From contig JAHFBZ010000007.1 of NCBI GenBank assembly GCA_023249725.1, positions 15,011 through 39,010 of the forward strand: a stretch of 24,000 nt of DNA. Direction: 5' to 3'. Positions 16,930 to 24,000 of this stretch are shown here, one piece after another (positions within the stretch are counted from its first letter, which is position 1; each line of letters opens with the position of its first letter). The position numbers and the translations under genes are program-made. Under the pieces are notes generated by a model. It saw only the letters and a program-made list of their open reading frames with translations. It ran no database searches and was not told the DNA's origin. Source of the stretch: Methanobacteriaceae archaeon (lineage in GTDB: Archaea > Methanobacteriota > Methanobacteria > Methanobacteriales > Methanobacteriaceae).

Positions 16930-18525
16930 ATGTCTTTTATAGTGCTAGAAAACGTTACAAAAACGTTCAATGACGTCGATGTTTTAAAAAACTTAAACAT
17001 AACTATAAATGAGGGCAGTGTCTTGGGTATTTTAGGTAGAAGTGGCTCAGGAAAATCAGTACTCATTAATATGCTCAGAGGAATGAAGGATTATAAACCG
17101 GATAAAGGAAAAATTATTTATAATGTTGCTATTTGTCCTGATTGCTTGAGGGTGGAACCTCCTTCATTTGATGAAAAGGATTGTGTGTGTGGTGGCAAGC
17201 TACATGTAGAAAGTGTTGATTTTTGGAACTGCGATAGAAAATTCTTTGCAGCAATCAAAAGGCGAATATCTATTATGCTCCAAAGGACTTTTGCACTTTA
17301 TGAAGATGATACTGTTATTGATAATGTTATGAAGTCAATAGTTGGTGGTGAGGATGAAGAAAATACTTATTTCGCCTTAGAACTATTGGAAATGACTCAG
17401 ATGACTCATCGAATCACCCATATTGCTCGTGATTTGAGTGGTGGGGAAAAACAAAGAGTAGTTCTTGCAAGACAAATGGCCAAAAGACCTATGTTATTTT
17501 TGGCGGATGAACCTACTGGAACATTGGATCCTAAAACTGCAGAATTACTGCACGAAGCTTTAGTAGATGGAGTAAAAGATAAGGGAATTACTATGGTAAT
17601 CACCTCGCACTGGCCGGAAGTTATGAAAAAGCTTTCTAACCATGTAATTTGGCTAGAAAAAGGTGAAATTATTGAAGAAGGTGCTCCTGATGATGTGGTG
17701 GCTAAATTCATGGCACAAGTTCCCCTTCCTGAGAAAGCAGAGGAATTTGAAGTAGGCGGACCTATAATTGAGATGAAACAAGTCAAAAAACACTATTATT
17801 CCATTGAAAGGGGAGTAGTAAAAGCCGTGGATGGTATTGATCTCGAGGTTGATGAAGGGGAGATATTTGGTGTAGTGGGTCTTAGTGGGGCTGGAAAAAC
17901 AACATTATCTCGAATTCTTTTTGGATTAACCGAGCCCAGCAGCGGGGAAATATCTGTTAAACTTGGTGAAAATTGGATCGATATGACTCAAAAAGGCCCA
18001 TTGGGCAGAGGTAGGGTTATGCCTTATTTGGGAATCCTTCATCAGGAATACAGTCTTTACCCTCACCGTAATATTTTAGGAAATCTTACCGAAGCAATTA
18101 GTTTAGAATTGCCTGCGGAGTTCGCGAAAATGAAAGCTGCTTATGTACTGAAAGCAGTGGGATTCGATGAAGATTATGCCATGACTATTTTAAAGAAAAA
18201 TCCAGATGAATTAAGCGGTGGGGAGAGGCACAGAGTTGCTTTGGCCCAGGTTTTAATAAAAGAACCTAATATTGTTATTCTGGATGAACCAACAGGTACT
18301 ATGGATCCTATTACTCGTGTTCAGGTCACAGATTCTATTATTAAGGCCCGTGAAGAACTTAATCAAACATTTTTAATTATTTCCCACGATATGGAATTTG
18401 TTTTAGATGTTTGTGATAGGGCTGCTTTGATGCGAGGTGGAAAAATACTTCAAATTGGTAATCCTGAAGATATTGTTGAAGAATTAACTCCTCATGAAAA
18501 AAAGAGTATGCTTACTGAGGAATAA
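16930..18525 (+). CDS. atwA: Methyl-coenzyme M reductase activation system component A2 (tandem ABC ATPase)
   Basis: 531 aa with two complete nucleotide-binding domains. NBD1: GRSGSGKS / [13 protein letters not shown] / [11 protein letters not shown]2: GLSGAGKT / [13 protein letters not shown] / IVILDEPT. There is no TM domain. Size and architecture match component A2 of methanogens. AGGTGGT Shine-Dalgarno. Confidence 0.75.
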   Translation: MSFIVLENVTKTFNDVDVLKNLNITINEGSVLGILGRSGSGKSVLINMLRGMKDYKPDKGKIIYNVAICPDCLRVEPPSFDEKDCVCGGKLHVESVDFWNCDRKFFAAIKRRISIMLQRTFALYEDDTVIDNVMKSIVGGEDEENTYFALELLEMTQMTHRITHIARDLSGGEKQRVVLARQMAKRPMLFLADEPTGTLDPKTAELLHEALVDGVKDKGITMVITSHWPEVMKKLSNHVIWLEKGEIIEEGAPDDVVAKFMAQVPLPEKAEEFEVGGPIIEMKQVKKHYYSIERGVVKAVDGIDLEVDEGEIFGVVGLSGAGKTTLSRILFGLTEPSSGEISVKLGENWIDMTQKGPLGRGRVMPYLGILHQEYSLYPHRNILGNLTEAISLELPAEFAKMKAAYVLKAVGFDEDYAMTILKKNPDELSGGERHRVALAQVLIKEPNIVILDEPTGTMDPITRVQVTDSIIKAREELNQTFLIISHDMEFVLDVCDRAALMRGGKILQIGNPEDIVEELTPHEKKSMLTEE

Positions 18526-18803
18526 TCCATAGGATAATTCTTTTAATTATTTTGAACAAAAAATATAAAATAATATTTTAAAATAATTATTTTGATTATC
18601 ACTTTTTTTATTGATTTTAATGAATATCCAGAATATAATAGTAAATTACTAAACTTATAAATTATTTAATAATATAAATTAATTAAATTTGTAAATTAAA
18701 TTCACAGATAAATGTACTTGAATTTTAATATTAATTAATGAATTTACAACTATTTTAACCGAATTAGTTAAAAATAGTTATTAAAAATTTGGAGGATATT
18801 AAT

Positions 18804-19277
18804 ATGGTATGGGATGATGCACCATCACACGTTTGTAGAGGCGGTGACAAAAGGGCACTAAGTTTTTGCTGCCCTCCAGTGAAGCCGTGTCCCATTTTAT
18901 ATGCCCTGGAAGACGCGGGTATCACACCTCAAGATTATATAGGAATTAAAGAAGAATTTGGAAAGAAAACACGACTAGGAGAAGGTGAAGGGACCTGTTT
19001 TGGTTCACTGGTATGGTGTTGTAAGCCATCTAAACCCTGTCCCTTAAGGGACATGGTCATGAGGCGCATTGATATGAGTACTGATGAGTTCTTGGAACTT
19101 AAAAAGCAACTTTCTGAAGAACTAGTCGGAAAATCAGATTTTCTAGATGAAGACGGTGTAAAAGCACTAGCAGACACCTTTAATGTTTCTGAGGAAGAAG
19201 CTTTGAAAGTACTTAAAGAATGTGGTAATGATATTAGGACTGCTATGAAAGTTCTTAGAATGAAAGCTGCTGAATAA
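18804..19277 (+). CDS. Cys-rich protein with a duplicated CCxPxKPCP module (possibly methanogenesis marker domain 9) and a C-terminal UBA/TS-N-like helical domain
   Basis: Two related modules: C-x10-CCPPVKPCP and C-x6-CCKPSKPCP. The tail is [26 protein letters not shown]. The track starts the ORF at TTG 18789, but GGAGGA (18791-18796) sits 7 nt before ATG 18804, so I start at MVWDD.... The marker-9 assignment is from memory. Confidence 0.5.
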   Translation: MVWDDAPSHVCRGGDKRALSFCCPPVKPCPILYALEDAGITPQDYIGIKEEFGKKTRLGEGEGTCFGSLVWCCKPSKPCPLRDMVMRRIDMSTDEFLELKKQLSEELVGKSDFLDEDGVKALADTFNVSEEEALKVLKECGNDIRTAMKVLRMKAAE

Positions 19278-19437
19278 ATAATGGGACAACTTTCTTAGTT
19301 ATTTCATTATTTTCATTATTATTACCCAATGAATAATTTGCAATTAATATTGGGTTCATTATGAATCAAGAGTTAACTAATAGATAATCAAATATTATAC
19401 TCAATGAAGACGAATATTTAATAAATAGGAGATATTT

Positions 19438-20202
19438 ATGACCTGGACTTCCCTTTTTCTTAAAACTGACAAAATGAAGGTTCTAGTATTGGGTGCTGGG
19501 GAAGTTGGGGAGAGAAGGGCATCCCGTTTTATTCAAGCGGGTGCTGAGGTAATTGTTACTGGGGGAAAAATTTCAGATAATCTTCAAAAACTGGGTGCAA
19601 TGACCAAACCAATTAATGAGATAGAAATTCTGGTTGAATGGGCCGATCTGGTTGTTCTGGCCAGTGGTGATGGTGAAATGAATAATAAAGTTGCAAATCT
19701 TGCAGGAGAAAAGCTTTTAAATCGTGCAGACACTCCTTTAGAAGGCAATGTTATTGTTCCCACTACATTTTCTATAGCTGATGCTCAAATATCCATATTC
19801 ACTGGTGGAAAAAGCCCTTTAATGGCTCGTATGCTTAGAAAGAAGATACAATCGATTATAACTCCAGAAGATATATTAAAAATTGAATTACAGGATTATT
19901 CTAGAACTAAATTAAAAGAATGTGTTGCTAATCAGAAGTTAAGGCGAAATTACCTTTATCAAATCTCCAATGACTCTGAAATCAATAAATGCCTACAAGA
20001 AAATAATTTAGAAGAGGCCATGGTTTTGGTTAATTCTTTTATAAGTCAACTTGACGATTCAGATTCAAAAATAAATAATCAGGGCAATAGTTCTGAAAAT
20101 CCAGATGAATTTTATAATGGTCAGAACTCTAAGAACCAGAATTCTAATAACAAGGGGTCTATGAATCAGAACTCTAAAAATATTGGGGAGGACTCTTTTT
20201 GA
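19438..20202 (+). CDS. sirC: Precorrin-2 dehydrogenase / sirohydrochlorin-forming enzyme (siroheme synthase N-terminal-domain type) with an Asn/Ser/Gln-rich C-terminal tail
   Basis: Rossmann motif [29 protein letters not shown] and the overall layout of CysG-N/SirC proteins. It is immediately upstream of hemA and overlaps it. AGGAG Shine-Dalgarno before ATG 19438. Confidence 0.7.
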   Translation: MTWTSLFLKTDKMKVLVLGAGEVGERRASRFIQAGAEVIVTGGKISDNLQKLGAMTKPINEIEILVEWADLVVLASGDGEMNNKVANLAGEKLLNRADTPLEGNVIVPTTFSIADAQISIFTGGKSPLMARMLRKKIQSIITPEDILKIELQDYSRTKLKECVANQKLRRNYLYQISNDSEINKCLQENNLEEAMVLVNSFISQLDDSDSKINNQGNSSENPDEFYNGQNSKNQNSNNKGSMNQNSKNIGEDSF

Positions 20203-21431
20203 TTTTAAATATTAGGGTTGATCATAAAACAGCAGATATTCAGACTATGGAAAACTCAATATCTTCTCTTGATGATTTATTCAACTATTTAAAGTCAAAC
20301 TATTTAGTTAAAGAGTTTATTTCAATAAAAACCTGCAACCGCACGGAGTATTATGTTATTATTGATTCAGGGGATTGTGATTCAAATTCTTGTAGTCTGG
20401 AGGATGATTTAAAATCTGGATCTTTTATTAAAGAAGGTTTGGTAATTGAAAAAGACCAAAATGCCATGGAACATCTTTTAAGATTATCATCTGGTTTAGA
20501 ATCAATGATTATTGGTGAAGATCAAATTTTGGGCCAAATAAGGGATGCTAAAAGAAGAGGAATAAAAGAAGATACTTCTGGTTTAATTTTAAATACTATT
20601 TTTACTAAGGCCATTCATGTGGGGCAAGCCGTACGGAAAAAAACTCACATTAATCGAGGATGCGTTTCTATTGGTTCAGCAGCAGTTGAACTGGCAGAAG
20701 AAGTTCATGGCAATCTCAAATGTAAAAAAGTTCTGGTGGTAGGCGCTGGAAAGATGGGAACTCTGGTGGCCAAGGCATTGGTTGAGAAACATTTGAAGGC
20801 TATTGTGGTCGCCAACAGGACTTATGATCGCGCGGTAGAATTGGCCAAAGAATTAGGTGGTTATGCCATTCATTTTGATCTTCTAATGGAATTTATGGCT
20901 GATGCTGATGTTATTATAAGTGCTACTGGCGCCCCTCATCCTATTTTAACTTATGAAAAAGTGAAGGATGCCGTACCTCCAGAGCGAAGAGAATCTTTAG
21001 TAATGGTTGATATTGCTAATCCTCGTGATATCGAAGATAGAGTGGTGGAATTAGGGGTTAAAGTATTTAATATAGATAATTTACGTGGAATTGCTGATGA
21101 AAACCGCAAGATGCGAGAAGAAGAGGCTAAAGAAGCTGAAAAAATTGTTCAGGAAGAATTAATCCTCCTTGAAAAATCTCTTAAACACATTGAAGTGGAG
21201 CCATTGATTTCACAAATACGTCGTGAAATGGAGTTAATTAGAATAAATGAAACTCAAAAGGCCATTAATATGTTAGGTGAGCTTAATGGCAAAGAAAAAG
21301 TTGTTGAAAATCTTACCAAGTCTGTGGTTGATAAAATATTCTTTGATGTAGTTTCTAATATTAAGCAAGCAGCTGAAAATCAAGATGATGAATTAATTAA
21401 AGCTTGTGAGCTTATTTTTAGACGAAATTAA
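20199..21431 (+). CDS. hemA: Glutamyl-tRNA reductase
   Basis: [10 protein letters not shown] (catalytic Cys), [17 protein letters not shown] and the NADPH site [13 protein letters not shown] start 20199 overlaps the sirC stop (TTGA), with GGGGAGGA (20185-20192) 6 nt upstream. Confidence 0.9.
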   Translation: MILNIRVDHKTADIQTMENSISSLDDLFNYLKSNYLVKEFISIKTCNRTEYYVIIDSGDCDSNSCSLEDDLKSGSFIKEGLVIEKDQNAMEHLLRLSSGLESMIIGEDQILGQIRDAKRRGIKEDTSGLILNTIFTKAIHVGQAVRKKTHINRGCVSIGSAAVELAEEVHGNLKCKKVLVVGAGKMGTLVAKALVEKHLKAIVVANRTYDRAVELAKELGGYAIHFDLLMEFMADADVIISATGAPHPILTYEKVKDAVPPERRESLVMVDIANPRDIEDRVVELGVKVFNIDNLRGIADENRKMREEEAKEAEKIVQEELILLEKSLKHIEVEPLISQIRREMELIRINETQKAINMLGELNGKEKVVENLTKSVVDKIFFDVVSNIKQAAENQDDELIKACELIFRRN

Positions 21432-21453
21432 TATTCATTTTGGGAATTAATAT

Positions 21454-21476
21454 TTTAATAAATAATATTTATTAAA
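21454..21476. terminator. 23-bp perfect all-AT palindrome between the convergent hemA and membrane-protein genes; possible bidirectional terminator element
   Basis: tttaataaataatatttattaaa is self-complementary around position 21465. It begins 23 nt after the hemA stop and is followed by T-runs. Such palindromes arise easily in AT-rich DNA. Confidence 0.25.
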
Positions 21477-21578
21477 TTTTATTTTAAAATTTTAAATTTA
21501 ATGTTATATTTTTTATTTAAAATAGAAATTAATTTGATTATTTACTAAGTTAGAATAACTTACATTAATACTTTAATT

Positions 21579-22301
21579 TTAATTATAACGATCCATGGTA
21601 CCTAAAAAGCGACTAGTCAAAATAGCTAAATATGGTGCGATTATAATTTCCATTATTGTACTGCCTATGGGATCCATATATCCTCTTAACTCATCCACCA
21701 CAAATGGTTTTAATATTACGAATATAATGGCGGTTAAAAAGCACACTACTACAAATTTTTTCAGCCCAACATTCTTTATTTTTCTAAATATGCCGCTATA
21801 ATCAAATGCTGATTTTAACTTACCTTTATTATGGGCCATATTTAGTATAGCTGCCTGTAAAATTATAAAAAACACAATTCCAGTTACTAATGAAAGTAAA
21901 AGTATTTCCAGCGGAAATTTTACAGAAATATCATTCCCCAAATAGATCAAGGCCAAGCCTGCGGAAATGACAAATAGCACTGCAGGAATGAACATATAAC
22001 TGCCAACTACTAAAGAATCTTTGAGCCCGTGTGCAAATAATTGTAGCAGATTACTAAATGGTGGTAATTTATCTGATCCATCTACAGAGGACTCTATTAT
22101 TCTGAATAAATAGCCGGCTTCTATGAAAACTAAAATAAAAAATGCAACTAAAAATATGTAATTAAAGAAATCTGGCATTAACATGTCGGTAGTTTGATCT
22201 AATAGGTCTATATCCACGAATATTATTCCTAATAAGATAAATTTTGTCCAGTCTGAAGCTGCGAACTTACTGGCATCTAAAAATAGTTCCTTAATGCTCA
22301 T
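21579..22301 (-). CDS. Polytopic membrane protein of unknown function (possibly DUF4013-like)
   Basis: 240 aa with about 6 hydrophobic helices. The N-terminus MSIKELFLDASKFAASDWTKFILLGIIF resembles my memory of the DUF4013 family. I see no catalytic motifs. Confidence 0.45.
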   Translation of the reverse strand: MSIKELFLDASKFAASDWTKFILLGIIFVDIDLLDQTTDMLMPDFFNYIFLVAFFILVFIEAGYLFRIIESSVDGSDKLPPFSNLLQLFAHGLKDSLVVGSYMFIPAVLFVISAGLALIYLGNDISVKFPLEILLLSLVTGIVFFIILQAAILNMAHNKGKLKSAFDYSGIFRKIKNVGLKKFVVVCFLTAIIFVILKPFVVDELRGYMDPIGSTIMEIIIAPYLAILTSRFLGTMDRYN

Positions 22302-22418
22302 ATTGTAATGTTTATTTTAATGGTAAATATTTTATTCTAAAAAGAATATGAAATTCAATTAAGTTGAATTAATTAATCAAATGTTAACCAAATTAATTAA
22401 TTTATAATCAATATTTTA

Positions 22419-22460
22419 ATTCAAAAACTTTTATTCAAAAACTTTTATTCAAAAACTTTT
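22419..22460. repeat. Perfect tandem repeat, 14-bp unit (attcaaaaactttt) x3
   Basis: 22419-22432, 22433-22446 and 22447-22460 are identical. The array lies between the AAA ATPase stop (22527) and the membrane-protein start (22301), both on the minus strand. Confidence 0.9.
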
Positions 22461-22526
22461 TAAAAAAATTAAAAATAAATAATTAAAAATAAAGATGTGA
22501 TGAAAATAATGGTTTTTAGGGGATGA

Positions 22527-23651
22527 TTAAGCAAACATTCCCTTAGGCTCGTTCTTTTCGGTCTGGTAATTTTTAAGAGCATATTCGACGTGCTTCATTT
22601 CCACTATATCTTCATCATCCGATATGGCTTTATGAAGAGAATTTTTTAATAGTTTTTCTTTAATATCTCTTCCAGACATTCCTTTGGATAACTGGGCCAG
22701 CTTTTCCACAGAAACCTTTACTTCCAGAGGCATGGAATCAATGTTGTTTTTGATTATTTCCTTTCTTTCTGGTTCTTCTGGAAGTTTAAATTCTATTTCC
22801 TCTTCAAATCGACTCCTAATTGCATAATCTAAAACTGAAGGATTATTGGTGGCACCTATGGTAACTACACCATAGTTCTGTTTTATACCGTCCATTTCAG
22901 TTAAAAGCGCATTTACCACTTCTGAAACATCTCCTCGCAGAGATTGGTATTTTCTATCCAGACCTACAGCATCAATTTCGTCAATAAATATCACTGAAGG
23001 TGAATTTTTAGCTGCAATATCATATAATTCGTGTATTTGGCGGGCACCATCACCCACATGGTCTCCAATAAGCGTAGTGGCCTTTATGAGATATAGTGGG
23101 ACTTTAAGCTCATTAGATAATGATTTGGCCAGCATAGTCTTTCCAGTACCTGGTGTTCCAAAAAATAGGACATTTCTAGGGGCCCATTCTTTGAATTTTT
23201 CAGGGTCCTGAAGATACTTCATTATGATTTTGCATTTAGTTTTGGCTTGTTCTTGGCCTACCACATCATCTATTTTAAGTTGAGTTTCTATTTTCTGAAT
23301 ATCCTCAGAATCTTTTAAAACATCAACTAGGAGTATAGATGTATTTTGAGTTATTTTTGACTCATCAGGGTGTGCTTTAATAACTTTAAAAGCATAATCT
23401 GGTAGTAATTTCTGATCAAAAAGATAAGATCCTTCTTTTGCAGTAAATCCTTCCCATTGATCTTGAGCATATAATTCAAAGAGTTCTTTATTGAAAACTT
23501 CTATTTTAGGAGTTTCTACTAAATTACAAATGAATGGATAACCTACGGGTTGCAATACAACCACTTTGGCCTCTTTTTTAGGTTCATTAGAGGCAATTAA
23601 TAATTTGTTTTCTGTTATATGTGAATCGTAAACTATATTGTTAAATTTCAC
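22527..23651 (-). CDS. Single-module AAA+ ATPase (classic AAA clade; methanogen 'proteasome regulatory subunit homologue' type)
   Basis: Walker [13 protein letters not shown], Walker [12 protein letters not shown], second region of homology [26 protein letters not shown], plus a ~130-aa N-terminal domain. GTG start 23651 is preceded by AAGGTGAT (23655-23662, minus strand). Confidence 0.7.
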   Translation of the reverse strand: MKFNNIVYDSHITENKLLIASNEPKKEAKVVVLQPVGYPFICNLVETPKIEVFNKELFELYAQDQWEGFTAKEGSYLFDQKLLPDYAFKVIKAHPDESKITQNTSILLVDVLKDSEDIQKIETQLKIDDVVGQEQAKTKCKIIMKYLQDPEKFKEWAPRNVLFFGTPGTGKTMLAKSLSNELKVPLYLIKATTLIGDHVGDGARQIHELYDIAAKNSPSVIFIDEIDAVGLDRKYQSLRGDVSEVVNALLTEMDGIKQNYGVVTIGATNNPSVLDYAIRSRFEEEIEFKLPEEPERKEIIKNNIDSMPLEVKVSVEKLAQLSKGMSGRDIKEKLLKNSLHKAISDDEDIVEMKHVEYALKNYQTEKNEPKGMFA

Positions 23652-23952
23652 TGCATCACCTTAAATTTAAAAAAATTGATAAAAATAATTTAATTTATTA
23701 TAATTTTAAATCAATAAACTGGATTTTAGTTTTTAAATTCAACTAATTTCAATTTTTATATACTTGATTTTTAATAAAATCATTATGGATTTAAATATAT
23801 ATAATTCTTTTTGAACTTTTGAATATTCATTTTTCAAAACATGATTAATTTCTATTATGAAATAATTATGAATTTGCTTTTTTTGATTTCAAAATTTATA
23901 TATTCTTTTAATTTTTTGCTCAACCTAAAAAATTTTTAGGCGAACCTAAAAT

Positions 23953-23960
23953 TTTATATA
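23953..23960 (+). promoter_or_regulatory. Candidate archaeal TATA box (tttatata) with an A-rich BRE-like upstream flank, for a plus-strand gene beyond the right edge
   Basis: Matches the TTTATATA consensus and is flanked by repeated CCTAAA / TTTAGG hexamers (see findings). The target gene is not visible and TATA-like strings are frequent here. Confidence 0.25.
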
Positions 23961-24000
23961 TGATGATAATCCACTTAAATTAATGAAAGTTTAGGCAAGC

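Noticed and set aside
1-24000. A mobile element, genomic island or phage-defence locus (AAA ATPase plus membrane protein, or MotA/ExbB-like pair as Zorya-like)
   Set aside because: There is no integrase, transposase, tRNA target, flanking direct repeat, nuclease, or the large ZorA-type tail or ZorC/D-like genes. The neighbours are conserved housekeeping genes, and the composition looks uniform by eye. The window looks like core chromosome.
23961-24000. The start of a tRNA or other RNA gene at the right edge (gtttaggcaagc)
   Set aside because: Only about a dozen nucleotides are visible, and no acceptor-stem or D-arm pattern can be established.

Overview
Strongly AT-rich chromosomal segment. 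Its gene content identifies a methanogenic archaeon: MCR-activation component A2, F420 genes cofE/cofD, GTP cyclohydrolase III, archaeal IMP cyclohydrolase PurO, archaetidylserine synthase plus decarboxylase, and a 2-oxoglutarate:ferredoxin oxidoreductase with a delta subunit. The MreB homologue and the sortase fit Methanobacteriales best. I call 24 protein-coding genes, one of them cut by the left edge. I see no rRNA, tRNA, CRISPR array, transposase or integrase. Left third, minus strand: korA (partial), korD, MptD-like, sortase, anchored secreted protein, bitopic envelope protein, pssA, psd. Middle and right, plus strand: unknown gene coupled to mreB, rnhB, exbB/exbD-like pair, purO, cofE, cofD overlapping arfA, a short Dus-like TIM barrel, atwA, a Cys-rich/UBA-like protein, and sirC overlapping hemA. 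Right end, minus strand: a polytopic membrane protein and a single-module AAA+ ATPase. This looks like core genome, not an accessory or defence island, so I claim no clearly novel system. The leads worth a second look are: (1) a sortase next to a secreted protein with a non-LPXTG C-terminal sorting-type signal, plus a bitopic Lys/Pro-rich protein overlapping pssA; (2) an unrecognised 212-aa gene translationally coupled to mreB; (3) an ExbB/ExbD-type pair in an organism with no outer membrane; (4) a Cys-rich internally duplicated protein with a UBA-like tail next to atwA; (5) a short Dus-like TIM barrel appended to the F420/flavin cluster; (6) unusually long intergenic regions carrying several perfect tandem repeats. 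All functional calls come from reading the translations by eye and recalling family motifs. No searches were run.
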